Origin: an uncultured Thermotogae bacterium
Lineage (GTDB): Bacteria > Bipolaricaulota > Bipolaricaulia > M55B111
Direction of reading: 5' to 3'
Assembly (NCBI GenBank): GCA_964599005.1
Contig: CAZRDU010000004.1
Coordinates: 1-32,738, forward strand
Length of the DNA stretch: 32,738 nucleotides
Shown: one piece after another, positions 9,478-19,544 of the stretch
Layout: each line of letters starts with the position of its first letter
Position numbering within the stretch: position 1 is the stretch's first letter
The notes under the pieces: generated by a model
What the model saw: the letters and a program-made list of their open reading frames with translations, nothing else
What the model was told of the DNA's origin: nothing
The model's database searches: none
Translations under genes and position numbers: made by a program

Positions 9478-10443
9478 TTAGCCCCGTTTGTCGAGAAAGT
9501 TTCTTACCTCGGTCCGGGACGGGAAAGAGGAAGTAGCGCCGTAATCCGTAGTTGTTAGTGCTCCCGTGGCGTTCCCGAACTTGAGGGCCTCTGTCAGGTT
9601 GGTCTGGTCTATTTTTGTCAGATCATCAGTGAATTCTAGTAGTTTCGAATAAAACCCGGCAAGGAACCCGTCTCCGGCGCCGGTAGTATCCTTTACATTT
9701 ACTTTGTGTCCGGCTATTTTTCTTGTCTGGCCTTTATAGGTAAATCTGCAGCCCCGGTCTCCCATAGTGACCACGACCAAATCCGGCCCCAGTTCCGTTA
9801 GCCGTTTTATTCCGGCGTCCAGTTCCGTTAGCCCGGTGAAAAATTCGACTTCCTCTTCGCTTAGCTTGATAACTTCAACGCGTTCCAGGAGGTCAAGTAC
9901 CATATTCTGCAATTCTTCGGGTTTGTCCCATAAGTCCAGGCGAACGTTGGGGTCCATGCTGACAATCAAATCATGATCTCTGGCACAGGATATGGATCGA
10001 AGAGTTGCAGCGCGAGATTCTTCTTTAGTTAGAGACAATGAACCAAAGTGGAGGATTTTTGCCTCGTTTATATAGCCCTCGTCGATTTCCCCGGGTCTCA
10101 GCAGTTCGTCCGCTCCGGGATCTCGATAGAAAATGAAATCCCTTTCACCTTCTTCCGTCAGTGAAACAAAGGCGAGAGTGGTATTGGCATTATCAGTTTT
10201 GTATAAATGGTCGACGTTTACCCCCTCCCTTTCCATCCTGGCCTCGAGAAATTGCCCGAAACTATCCCTACCGACCTTGCCGATAAAACCGGGATTTCTG
10301 TCCAGCTGAGCCAGACCTATAGCTACGTTTGCCGGAGCCCCGCCAAAGCGTTTGTAAAAGCCGGGAACATTCGCCAGCGATTGGCCGGATTCCGTCGGTA
10401 CGAAATCGATTAGGGCCTCTCCTAAAGTGATAATGTCAATCAT
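9478..10443 (-). CDS. PfkB-family carbohydrate kinase (fructokinase-like)
   Basis: LGEALIDF, GGAPANVAIG, DPNVR, DTTGAGDGF. Confidence 0.92.
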   Translation of the reverse strand: MIDIITLGEALIDFVPTESGQSLANVPGFYKRFGGAPANVAIGLAQLDRNPGFIGKVGRDSFGQFLEARMEREGVNVDHLYKTDNANTTLAFVSLTEEGERDFIFYRDPGADELLRPGEIDEGYINEAKILHFGSLSLTKEESRAATLRSISCARDHDLIVSMDPNVRLDLWDKPEELQNMVLDLLERVEVIKLSEEEVEFFTGLTELDAGIKRLTELGPDLVVVTMGDRGCRFTYKGQTRKIAGHKVNVKDTTGAGDGFLAGFYSKLLEFTDDLTKIDQTNLTEALKFGNATGALTTTDYGATSSFPSRTEVRNFLDKRG

Positions 10444-10577
10444 ATTGGAATGATTATACCGGATATAAATCGAATTTAAACTTTCGCTCGATTAATAACT
10501 AGCTAAGAGTACTTCCTGCGCCCTGGCAAAGCTGAAATATTTACTTTTGTATCCTGAGGCGATAACATTAAAGGACT

Positions 10578-11231
10578 ATGAATATCAAATTGATTTCTTT
10601 TGACGCGGACGGCACTATCGTTAAGGATAGCTACGTCGATAAATTTTGGTTTCAGGAGTTGCCCGAACTATACGCCAGTAAAGAAGGGATTGACTTCCCC
10701 GAAGCCCGGGAAACTTTGACTGCTTATTACGATGAAATTGGAGATGAAGATATTAGGTGGTACCAGCCTGATTACTGGTTTGATAGACTGGGGCTGGATG
10801 AAGATCCGGGTGAAGTTATCGAGAGAATTCAGATTCCGGAAAACGTTGATCTTTACCGAGATGCCCTCGATATTATCGACGAGTTATACGGCGATTACGG
10901 ATTGATAGTTACTTCGAATGCTCCCAGAGTATTTCTAGAATACGCCCTGAGAGAAATTGAAGACCGTTTTCTGAAAATATATTCCTGTGTGACAGATTTT
11001 GGAGAAGTTAAAAAACACTCCGGAGTTTACGAGGAAGTCGCAAACAGGGTAGAAGTCAAGACGGAGAGAATGGTTCACGTCGGAGACCACTGGAGGTTTG
11101 ATTATCAGGTGCCCCGGGAACTGGGTATAACCACTTTCTATATTGACAGAGACGGGGCCAGGAGCGATGAGGACGAGAACGTCTTGACCGACCTTAGAGA
11201 GATTCGAGGGAGTCTTGAGGGACTGGGTTAG
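10578..11231 (+). CDS. HAD-superfamily hydrolase
   Basis: SFDADGT (motif I), VTSN (II), K (III), HVGD...D (IV). Confidence 0.9.
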   Translation: MNIKLISFDADGTIVKDSYVDKFWFQELPELYASKEGIDFPEARETLTAYYDEIGDEDIRWYQPDYWFDRLGLDEDPGEVIERIQIPENVDLYRDALDIIDELYGDYGLIVTSNAPRVFLEYALREIEDRFLKIYSCVTDFGEVKKHSGVYEEVANRVEVKTERMVHVGDHWRFDYQVPRELGITTFYIDRDGARSDEDENVLTDLREIRGSLEGLG

Positions 11232-11563
11232 GATTATCGGTTTTTCTATTCTCTTTCAATATCAATTGCCTTTAGCTAGATCTTGACACCGGGTACCCGC
11301 CGGACAATCGTACCTGCGGGTTGGGGCTCGCCAAAAAGACAAAGCAGGTTCCGAATCCGGCTCTTCTTTTGTAAAATCCCAAAGTTTTTTGGTTAAACTG
11401 TTTTTTTATAACCCCGTCCCTCTCTTAGGTGGGGTTCTTGACTGTTATACTATCAAGATAAGAAGATCCCACTTTGGCCTAGAAGTTACCGGCTTACACG
11501 GGGAATACGTTCGCGAAAGTTGACAGTTGTTACTGTTAACGGGCCCAGCTAAAATTTACCGTT

Positions 11564-12487
11564 ATGAGTAAAAGAAAAAACTCTCGACTTTACCTGAGTA
11601 TGTTTCCTTTTATCGTGCTGCTGGCTCTGGTCAGTACTGGCCGGGCTCTTTATAACATCAATGCCACGATTAACGGGCAGGTTTACAACACCCCCGGCGG
11701 CGAAGTCGGTAAGTTAACCCCGGCTGACTGGGGTTTACCGTATGAAGACGTTTCTTTCAAAACAAGTGACGATTTGACCGTACGAGGGTGGTTTGTCGAC
11801 AGGGAAGGGGCTGACCGAGTGATAGTTCTTGCCCCGGGACGGGGGACGAATAGATGGGATATTTTGCAGGACGCACCGGTTAGGTACCTTTACGAACAGG
11901 GTTTCGATATACTTCTTTTCGACCCTCGCAGTACGGGGGAAAGCGATGGCACACGGTACGGGTTTGGTTATTTCGAAAGCGAGGATATAATTCACGCCGT
12001 TAAATTTCTCAAGGAAGAAAAGGGCGAAGGTGCCGTGGGTGTCTGGGGAGGGTCGGCTGGAGCCTCGGCTGCGATAATCGCGGCCCTGGATTCTTCAGAG
12101 ATAGATGCTGTAGTTGCAGATAGTCCCTATGCTAACCTGAAAATGGCCGCTTCTAGTTATGGAAAAAAGAAGGAGGATAAGCTCATCCAGGTATTTTTCC
12201 CTTTCTACATGGGTGTTGCCCGGTTTACTTTGAATTTTGACGTTTACGCTAAAACAAATCTGCTACAGAGGATTAAGGATTTAGAAACCCCGGTTTTTTT
12301 GATCCATGGAATGGAAGACAGGGCTCTCGAGCCCAGCAACTCCCAGCTTCTTTACGAAAATGCGGGAGGACCGAGAAGGTTGTGGCTGGTGGAAGGCGCC
12401 TGGCATGTTGGAGCCCATGAAATTTACCCGGAGAAATACCAGGAAAGGGTAGCTTCTTTTTTTGAAAGTTACGTGAGAAATAGTTAG
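11564..12487 (+). CDS. Membrane-anchored/exported alpha/beta hydrolase
   Basis: N-terminal hydrophobic helix; WGGSAGA nucleophile elbow, IHGMED and GAWH triad residues. Confidence 0.88.
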   Translation: MSKRKNSRLYLSMFPFIVLLALVSTGRALYNINATINGQVYNTPGGEVGKLTPADWGLPYEDVSFKTSDDLTVRGWFVDREGADRVIVLAPGRGTNRWDILQDAPVRYLYEQGFDILLFDPRSTGESDGTRYGFGYFESEDIIHAVKFLKEEKGEGAVGVWGGSAGASAAIIAALDSSEIDAVVADSPYANLKMAASSYGKKKEDKLIQVFFPFYMGVARFTLNFDVYAKTNLLQRIKDLETPVFLIHGMEDRALEPSNSQLLYENAGGPRRLWLVEGAWHVGAHEIYPEKYQERVASFFESYVRNS

Positions 12488-12508
12488 CAGTTTGAGTGAT
12501 ACACTACT

Positions 12509-13597
12509 ATGAAATTAGAAAAGATTAAGATAAAGAATTTCAGAAACCTTGATGAAACCACCGTAGACCCGGATGACAGGTTAAACTTAATCTTTGGCCC
12601 AAACGGTTCGGGGAAAACAAATTTCTGCGAAGCAATTCACTTCGTCTCGACAGGGGATAACATAAAGGGAACTCGACAGAGAGAACTGATTAACTGGAAC
12701 GCAGACCATACTCTAATCCAACTGGAGATAGCCAGCGAGGATCAGCTTACAGTCTATTTGCAAAAGGGGGAAGCGAAGGAAATACGGATTAATTCCAAGA
12801 AGAAAAGTCAATCCGAGTTAAGCGATCTTTTCCCAACCCATACTTTTATCCCGGAGGACCTTTATATATCCAAGGGGTCTCCGAAAAAAAGAAGGACGTT
12901 GGTAAACCGACATCTCGGTCAACTCGATACCGACTACGATAACCTCCTAACTCAATACAATTCGGAACTAAAAAAGAAAAACACCCTTTTAAAGAAGAAC
13001 GAGTTAAATGAAGAGTTTCTCCAGGTCCTCGAAGAAAGGCTGGTGGATCTTGGGGCCGAAATAATTCAGAAGCGAGCTAGTTATCTGAAAGAACTGAACG
13101 AGCGCCTGCCAGAAGTTTATGGCCGATTCGTTCGAAATGGCGCGAGACTTTCTCTGAATTACGTCGATGAAATTTTGATGAAAGGTTCGGGGGAGGATCT
13201 GGTCGAATACCTTTCCGATAGAATCGAGGAAAACCGGCAGAAGGAACTGGAGCAGGAAACCACTGTAGTCGGTCCCCATAGAGACAAATTTGAATACCGA
13301 CTGGAGGGGAAAAACCTGAGAAAGTACGGTTCTCAGGGGGAACTCCGGACCGCCGTGATTGCCACCTACCTGTCATATCTCAAGTTGTACGAAGAAAGAT
13401 ACGAAGAGTGGCCGGTTTTAATTCTCGATGACATTTTGAGCGAGCTGGATCGGAAGCGCGGGGAACGGTTACTGGAAAATCTTCCGGAAGGACCACAAAT
13501 TTTTATGACAACGGCTACGAGAAATCCCTCCTTTAAGAAGTTAACCGGTGAGTTTAGCGTATTGAGGATTACTGGAGGGAGTGTCGAAGAAAAATGA
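12509..13597 (+). CDS. recF: DNA replication/repair protein RecF
   Basis: NFRN, GPNGSGKTN Walker A, GPHRD, GSQGE signature, LILDDILSELD. Confidence 0.95.
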   Translation: MKLEKIKIKNFRNLDETTVDPDDRLNLIFGPNGSGKTNFCEAIHFVSTGDNIKGTRQRELINWNADHTLIQLEIASEDQLTVYLQKGEAKEIRINSKKKSQSELSDLFPTHTFIPEDLYISKGSPKKRRTLVNRHLGQLDTDYDNLLTQYNSELKKKNTLLKKNELNEEFLQVLEERLVDLGAEIIQKRASYLKELNERLPEVYGRFVRNGARLSLNYVDEILMKGSGEDLVEYLSDRIEENRQKELEQETTVVGPHRDKFEYRLEGKNLRKYGSQGELRTAVIATYLSYLKLYEERYEEWPVLILDDILSELDRKRGERLLENLPEGPQIFMTTATRNPSFKKLTGEFSVLRITGGSVEEK

Positions 13598-14160
13598 GTC
13601 TGAGCCGGAGCGTCATCGCGGAACTTTTCAAAAAGAACAACCTCCTCGATGAATTCAAAGAGCAGGAGCCTGTATTTGTCTGGACGGAAGTAGCCGGTGA
13701 ACTTGGCAAGATTACCCGGCCCAAAAAAGTAAAGGGGAATAGTCTTGTTCTGGAAGTTCCTTCTGCGGCTGCGAAACAGGAACTTTCTTTTCTAGAGGAT
13801 GATTTTCTAAAGAAGCTGAACGAAAACCTCTCCTATAATCGAATAGAAAAACTCAAGTTCCAGCTGGGAGAGTTCAGGGATGAATCTCGAGACGATCCTC
13901 CGGAGTTTAACCCGGACTCCGTAAAACTATCCGAGGAAGAGTTAAAGAAGATAAATAGCGCCGTCGCGGATGCCGATCTGGGAAGTGCTACCGGGGATAG
14001 CTTGAGGCAATTGCTTATCACACAGCAGAAAAAAAGAAAAATCCGTCTCGCAAACGGATGGCAGGAATGCCCTGCCTGTGGAGGCGTTTTCTCCGATCAA
14101 CGGTGTCCCTATTGTGGCTTTCCCCACGGCGAAGTTGATACTCCCCGGTCAAATCGGTAA
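13594..14160 (+). CDS. dciA: DUF721/DciA-family protein with C-terminal zinc ribbon
   Basis: W.EVAG...L.V.S.A..QEL pattern, CPACGG...CPYC, ATGA overlap with recF (usual DUF721 context). Confidence 0.78.
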   Translation: MSLSRSVIAELFKKNNLLDEFKEQEPVFVWTEVAGELGKITRPKKVKGNSLVLEVPSAAAKQELSFLEDDFLKKLNENLSYNRIEKLKFQLGEFRDESRDDPPEFNPDSVKLSEEELKKINSAVADADLGSATGDSLRQLLITQQKKRKIRLANGWQECPACGGVFSDQRCPYCGFPHGEVDTPRSNR

Positions 14161-14171
14161 ACTTCTACAAT

Positions 14172-14750
14172 ATGTCATATAAACATAAACGTAATTCCGA
14201 ACAGGATTCAGGTATAGAGAGCACGACAATAATTGCAATCAGGTCTCCTGATGAGGGTAAATCCGTAGTTGCGTCGGATGGACAGGCCACGATGGAAGAT
14301 ACGGTAATAAAAAACAATACAAATAAAGTCCGCAAGCTCTATGATGGTCAGGTCCTTGCTGGTTTTGCCGGTTCTACCGCGGACGCGATGACGCTGTTCG
14401 ATAAATTTGAGGGTAAACTGGAACAATACGCGGGAAAATTAGAGAGAGCCGCAGTTGAGCTTACTAAGGAATGGCGTACGGACAAGATATTAAGGAAGCT
14501 GGAGGCATTGATGGTAGTGGTAAACCGGGATTCCCTGTTGTTAATTTCGGGAGCGGGTGATGTGCTGAGGCCTGACCACAACGTGATCGGCATTGGGTCC
14601 GGGGGGTCTTACGCCCTCTCGGCGGCAAGGGCTCTTATGAGAAATTCCCGGTTGACTCCCGTAGAAATTGCCAGAGAATCATTGATTATAACGTCATCGA
14701 TAGATATTTACACGAATGACCAGCTTTCGGTTGAAACGATCGAGTGGTAG
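14172..14750 (+). CDS. hslV: ATP-dependent protease peptidase subunit HslV (ClpQ)
   Basis: TTIIAIR, DGQAT, GFAGSTADA, WRTDKILRKLEA, IGSGGSYA. Confidence 0.96.
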   Translation: MSYKHKRNSEQDSGIESTTIIAIRSPDEGKSVVASDGQATMEDTVIKNNTNKVRKLYDGQVLAGFAGSTADAMTLFDKFEGKLEQYAGKLERAAVELTKEWRTDKILRKLEALMVVVNRDSLLLISGAGDVLRPDHNVIGIGSGGSYALSAARALMRNSRLTPVEIARESLIITSSIDIYTNDQLSVETIEW

Positions 14751-14764
14751 GCAGGGTGAGAGAT

Positions 14765-16135
14765 ATGGCAAACTTACCGAGGATATTTGATTCGGAGAAA
14801 GAAGAATTGACTCCGCAACAGATAGTAAATAGACTGGACGAATACATTATTGGTCAGGATAAGGCCAAGAGATCAGTTGCAATAGCTCTTCGGAACCGCG
14901 TTCGCAGGCAGAAGGTTGAGGGGGACATCAAAGACGAGATAAAGCCAAAAAATATTCTTATGATTGGCCCTACCGGCGTCGGTAAGACTGAAATCTCGCG
15001 CCGTCTGGCTAAAACTGCCCGGGCCCCTTTCTTAAAGGTGGAAGCCACTAAATTTACGGAAGTCGGTTACATGGGCAGAGATGTCGAATCCATGATCAGG
15101 GACCTCGTCAGTCGGGGAGTAGAGATGGTCAGGGAAAGCGAAATAGAAAACGTCGAAGAAGAAGCCGAAGAGATGGTCCAGGAGAGAATACTTGATAAGC
15201 TTCTTCCGGCCGAGGAAGCCAAAGAAGAACGGGCAGATAGTCTGGAGCGGACACGGGAAAAGCTAAAGCGCAAGTTACAGCAGGGCGACCTTGACGATCG
15301 TTACATCGAAGTTTCCGTTCAACAGAGCAGTTCGCCGCAGGTGGAGGTTTTTTCCAACCAGGGTATGGATCAGATGGGAATCGATATGGGGGACATGCTT
15401 GGTAATATCCTGCCGTCGAAATCCGAGACGAAGAGAGTAAAGATAAAAGAAGCAAGAGATCTTCTTTTTGACGAGGAAGTGGATAAACTTCTGAATGAAC
15501 AGGAGATCAAACGCAGGGGGAAACGACTTGCCGAGGAGTCCGGAATTATTTTCCTGGATGAAATAGACAAGATCGCAGGTGACGAGCCGGGACAGTCCGG
15601 CGGTAGTGGCCCTGGAGTTTCCAGGCAGGGAGTCCAGCGAGATATCCTTCCTTTGCTCGAAGGGTCCACGGTAAGGAGCAAGAAAGGGACGATAAATACG
15701 GAAAACATTCTGTTTATCACCGCGGGAGCTTTTAACGTCTCCAGCCCTTCCGACCTGATACCGGAGTTACAGGGAAGGTTGCCAATACGTGTTGAGCTGG
15801 ATAGTTTGGGGGTTGAAGAGTTTAAGCGTATCTTAACGGAACCGAAAGATTCCCTGGTAAAACAGTATACTGCGCTACTGGGTGTCGAGGATCTGGAAAT
15901 GCAGTTTACCGAAGGTGCGATAGACGAAATTGCCCGGGCTTCGGCACGGTTAAACGAAACCACTGAAAACATAGGTGCCAGACGACTGGAGACCGTGATG
16001 GAAAAGCTAATGGAAGAACTGTCTTTTGATGCTCCGTCCATGGATTCGGGTGTCCAGGAAATAGACAGGAGTTACGTTAAGGATAAGCTGGAAAAAATAA
16101 TTGAAGATCGAGATCTGTCCCGTTATATTCTCTAA
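14765..16135 (+). CDS. hslU: ATP-dependent protease ATPase subunit HslU (ClpY)
   Basis: IIGQDKAK, GPTGVGKTE, IFLDEIDK, ELQGRLPIRVEL, NIGARRL, DLSRYIL C-terminus. ATG 14765 preferred to GTG 14744. Confidence 0.97.
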   Translation: MANLPRIFDSEKEELTPQQIVNRLDEYIIGQDKAKRSVAIALRNRVRRQKVEGDIKDEIKPKNILMIGPTGVGKTEISRRLAKTARAPFLKVEATKFTEVGYMGRDVESMIRDLVSRGVEMVRESEIENVEEEAEEMVQERILDKLLPAEEAKEERADSLERTREKLKRKLQQGDLDDRYIEVSVQQSSSPQVEVFSNQGMDQMGIDMGDMLGNILPSKSETKRVKIKEARDLLFDEEVDKLLNEQEIKRRGKRLAEESGIIFLDEIDKIAGDEPGQSGGSGPGVSRQGVQRDILPLLEGSTVRSKKGTINTENILFITAGAFNVSSPSDLIPELQGRLPIRVELDSLGVEEFKRILTEPKDSLVKQYTALLGVEDLEMQFTEGAIDEIARASARLNETTENIGARRLETVMEKLMEELSFDAPSMDSGVQEIDRSYVKDKLEKIIEDRDLSRYIL

Positions 16136-16281
16136 CACTATTTAGCCTGCTCTGCTGTAATACGGTGCATGGTAATCCTGAAGCAATATCGTTTATTTTC
16201 AGAGAATCATATTAGTCATTAAAAGTAAGCATCTGGTGAAGAATTGTTAAAAACAGCTCGAGAAATTTCCAATTATCAGGG

Positions 16282-18216
16282 GTGAATCAAATGAAATTAA
16301 CTCTTCCGGATGGAGACGAACTGGAAGTTGAGGAAGGAACCAGTGTGATAGATATTGCGTACGACATAGGCCAGGGTCTCGGCGATGCTACGGTGGGGGC
16401 CACGCTCGATGGGGAGTTGCTGGATCTGAGAGACGAGATACGCCGGGAAGGGGAATTTGAAATCATAACGATCGATTCACCCCAGGCGAAGGAAGTTCTC
16501 AGGCATACAGCATCTCACGTTATGGCTCAGGCGGTAAAACGCCTTTACGATGACGTAAAGCTGGCTATTGGTCCGGCGATTGACGAAGGCTTCTATTATG
16601 ATTTTGACCTGCCGGAAACCCTGTCGGAAGACGACTTCGATGAAATAAAAGGCGAGATGAGAGAAATAATCGAGGAAGGCTACGAAATAGAGAGATTCTC
16701 CCTCAGTGCCGACGAAGCAAGGGAGTTCCTTTCCGACAGAGACGAGGATTATAAGCTCGAACTGCTTGATGAGTTCGTCTCGGAAGGTGCCGAAGAAGTC
16801 TCCTTCTATCGCCAGGATGGCTTTACGGACCTCTGTGAGGGGCCACATCTCCGTAGTACCGATCAGTTACAGCACTTCGAACTGATGGATGTAGCCGGAG
16901 CTTACTGGCGTGGTGACGAAGACAACGTAATGTTGCAGCGTGTTTACGGTACAGCTTTTCCGGATCAGAAGGAACTGGAAGAGTACGTGGAAAGGCAGGA
17001 AGAAGCAAAAGAACGTGATCACCGAAAAATTGGGCCGGAGCTTGATTTATTCACTTTTCATCCCGAGGTCGGACCCGGTCTGGTTTACTGGCATCCAAAA
17101 GGGACCGAAACGTTGAACGTAATAAAAGAATTCTGGCGCTCAAAACACAGGGAAGCGGATTACGAGTTCGTTTCTACTCCACATATTGGAAAAAGCGATC
17201 TCTGGGAAAAGAGCGGCCACCTTGATTACTTTCGCGAGGATATGTTTCCTCCAATGAAGGAGAGTAATCAGGAATACTTCCTGAAACCGATGAACTGTCC
17301 CTTTCATATCCAGATATACCAGAGTCGAACCAGAAGTTATCGGGACCTGCCGCTTCGCTGGGCAGAGCTGGGAACAGTCTACCGCCATGAACGTTCCGGA
17401 GTTCTTCACGGCCTGCTCCGAGCCCGTGGGTTTACCCAGGATGATGCCCATATTATAGCTACTCCGGAACAGGTTAAGGAAGAAGTTTCCGGGGTTCTGG
17501 ATCTGACATTCGATATTATTTCCGCGTTTGGTTTCGATGATTACAAAGTAGCGCTGTCCACCAGGCCGGATAAATCGGTTGGTGAGGAAGAAAAATGGGA
17601 TAAGGCAACAGAAGCCCTGCGGGAATCGATTACGGATAGAGGGCTGGATTACGAGGTAGAAAAAGGTGAAGGAGCTTTTTACGGTCCTAAAATCGATGTT
17701 CATCTGGAAGATGCGCTCGGCAGACTCTGGCAAACAACTACTGTCCAGTTTGACTTCAACCTGCCGGAAAGGTTTGATATGACTTATATGGGCGCGGACG
17801 GAAGAGAGCACAGGCCTTATATGATCCACAGGGCGCTGCTTGGGACGCTGGAGCGGTTCTTTGGTATTTTAATTGAACATTACAAGGGTGCTTTCCCTGT
17901 CTGGCTGTCACCAGTTCAGGCCGCCGTGCTCCCTGTAACGGAAGAAAATAACGAGTACGCAGAAAAGGTCGCAGATCGGATAGAAGAAGCTGGTATTAGG
18001 TCCAGCGCCTGGACCGACCACGATGAAAACCTTTCTCGGCAGATACACGAAGCTCAAAAAGAAAAAATCCCCTATATGTTGATAGTCGGAGACGATGAAG
18101 AGGAATCAGGGGAGGTTTCGCTCAGGCTCCGGAGCGAAGAGGACCTTGGGCCCAGGCCACTTGACGAATTCATCGAGTTTGCCGGGGAAAAGATAGATAA
18201 GAAGGAGTTGCTTTAA
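16282..18216 (+). CDS. thrS: Threonyl-tRNA synthetase
   Basis: TGS domain (TLPDG), HTASH/DLCEGPH editing domain, RDHRKIG, KPMNCP, FYGPKID. True start may be ATG 16291. Confidence 0.98.
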   Translation: MNQMKLTLPDGDELEVEEGTSVIDIAYDIGQGLGDATVGATLDGELLDLRDEIRREGEFEIITIDSPQAKEVLRHTASHVMAQAVKRLYDDVKLAIGPAIDEGFYYDFDLPETLSEDDFDEIKGEMREIIEEGYEIERFSLSADEAREFLSDRDEDYKLELLDEFVSEGAEEVSFYRQDGFTDLCEGPHLRSTDQLQHFELMDVAGAYWRGDEDNVMLQRVYGTAFPDQKELEEYVERQEEAKERDHRKIGPELDLFTFHPEVGPGLVYWHPKGTETLNVIKEFWRSKHREADYEFVSTPHIGKSDLWEKSGHLDYFREDMFPPMKESNQEYFLKPMNCPFHIQIYQSRTRSYRDLPLRWAELGTVYRHERSGVLHGLLRARGFTQDDAHIIATPEQVKEEVSGVLDLTFDIISAFGFDDYKVALSTRPDKSVGEEEKWDKATEALRESITDRGLDYEVEKGEGAFYGPKIDVHLEDALGRLWQTTTVQFDFNLPERFDMTYMGADGREHRPYMIHRALLGTLERFFGILIEHYKGAFPVWLSPVQAAVLPVTEENNEYAEKVADRIEEAGIRSSAWTDHDENLSRQIHEAQKEKIPYMLIVGDDEEESGEVSLRLRSEEDLGPRPLDEFIEFAGEKIDKKELL

Positions 18217-18232
18217 TTTAGCAGAATATACA

Positions 18233-18269
18233 GGGACCCCCAGAACGAATCCTGGGGGCCCGTTTTTTT
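18233..18269 (+). terminator. Intrinsic terminator after thrS
   Basis: GGG(A)CCCCCAG / CTGGGGGCCC stem with an 8-nt loop, followed by G and T7. Confidence 0.85.
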
Positions 18270-18359
18270 AATGGATTATCGGTTCTTGCTTGAATCCGCA
18301 GAAGTAATAGTGCTCGGTTCGCTTCCAGTTTCGCGGAGAACCGGAGGAACTGCCTGAAA

Positions 18360-19544
18360 TTAGAGCAGTTCGTTTCTTAAATCCTCTTTTTTGTCTCTCT
18401 TCTCCCAGGGTAAGTCCAGCTCCTCCCGACCGAAGTGTCCGTAAGCTGCAAGTGGTGTATAAATCGGTCTCTGTAGTTTAAAGTGGTCTATAATCGCTCC
18501 CGGTCGCATGTCGAATACTTTATCTACGGCCTCGACTATTTCCGAATCGTCGTAATCACTGGTTCCAAATGTATCTATAGTTACTGCCAGAGGATTTGCC
18601 TTTCCTATCGTATAAGAGATCTGTACTTCGCACTCCTCGCTTATTTCTGCCGCTACGACGTTCTTTGCGATATAGCGAGCCATGTAAGATCCGGATCTGT
18701 CGACCTTGGTCGGATCCTTTCCCGAGTAGGCTCCGCCACCGTGGCTTCCATAACCGCCATAGGTATCGACTATTATCTTTCTCCCGGTCATTCCTGTATC
18801 TGCAGGTGGACCGCCCCTGATAAATTTGCCGGAAGAATTGACGAATACCTCCGTATCCCCATCTAACCATCGTCCGAGTACCGGCCTTACGATCTTTTTC
18901 AACAATTGCTCTTTTAACTCAGTTTCATCTATTTCGGGGTCGTGTTGTGCTGCAAGTATCACCGTATCCGCTCTGAGCGGCTCCCCTTCCTCGTATTCGA
19001 TCGTTACCTGTGACTTGCCGTCCGGTCGGAGGTGAGGTACTTTGTCTTTTTTTCTGGCTTCTGTTAATTTTTTTGTCAGTCTGTGAGAAAGAGTGATCGG
19101 TAGAGGCATCAGGGTTTTAGTTTCCCTGCAGGCATAACCGTAAACTATACCCTGATCACCGGCCCCCAGCTCATCGTAGTCGTTTTTCTCTTTGTTCGAG
19201 TCCCTAATTTCCTTTGCCCGACTAACACCCTCCGATATATCGGGCGATTGCTCGTCTATACTGGTTAATATGGCACAGTCGTCACCGTTGAAACCGTATT
19301 TATTATCGTCGTAGCCAACTCCCAGTACAGTATTTCTGGCTACTGTTGGTATGTCTACATACGTGTCAGTGGTTATTTCTCCCCCTACCAGGACCAGGCC
19401 GGTAGTTACAAAGGTCTCGCAGGCAACTCTTCCCTCGGGATCGTCCTCCAGTACTTTGTCAAGTACGGCGTCCGATATTCTGTCTGCTACTTTGTCGGGA
19501 TGTCCTTCCGTTACTGATTCTGAAGTAAAATATCTTCCTTTCAT
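18360..19544 (-). CDS. metK: S-adenosylmethionine synthetase
   Basis: FTSESVTEGHPDK, GAGDQG, GRKIIVDTYGG, GGGAYSGKD. Confidence 0.98.
   Translation of the reverse strand: MKGRYFTSESVTEGHPDKVADRISDAVLDKVLEDDPEGRVACETFVTTGLVLVGGEITTDTYVDIPTVARNTVLGVGYDDNKYGFNGDDCAILTSIDEQSPDISEGVSRAKEIRDSNKEKNDYDELGAGDQGIVYGYACRETKTLMPLPITLSHRLTKKLTEARKKDKVPHLRPDGKSQVTIEYEEGEPLRADTVILAAQHDPEIDETELKEQLLKKIVRPVLGRWLDGDTEVFVNSSGKFIRGGPPADTGMTGRKIIVDTYGGYGSHGGGAYSGKDPTKVDRSGSYMARYIAKNVVAAEISEECEVQISYTIGKANPLAVTIDTFGTSDYDDSEIVEAVDKVFDMRPGAIIDHFKLQRPIYTPLAAYGHFGREELDLPWEKRDKKEDLRNELL

Noticed and set aside
12484-12502. CIRCE-like half sites (TTAGCAGTT / GAGTGATAC) upstream of recF-hslVU
   Set aside because: Half sites are separated by 1 nt rather than 9 and each is mismatched.
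16136-16281. T-box or tRNA-mimic operator upstream of thrS
   Set aside because: Only ~145 nt, no GGTGGNACC T-box sequence, no terminator, no convincing anticodon-like stem-loop.
15370-17829. Long antisense ORFs (223 aa at 15370-16041, 229 aa at 17140-17829) and the many other 60-165 aa overlapping ORFs in the track
   Set aside because: They lie opposite or out of frame within well-conserved genes and show no recognisable motifs; typical shadow ORFs.
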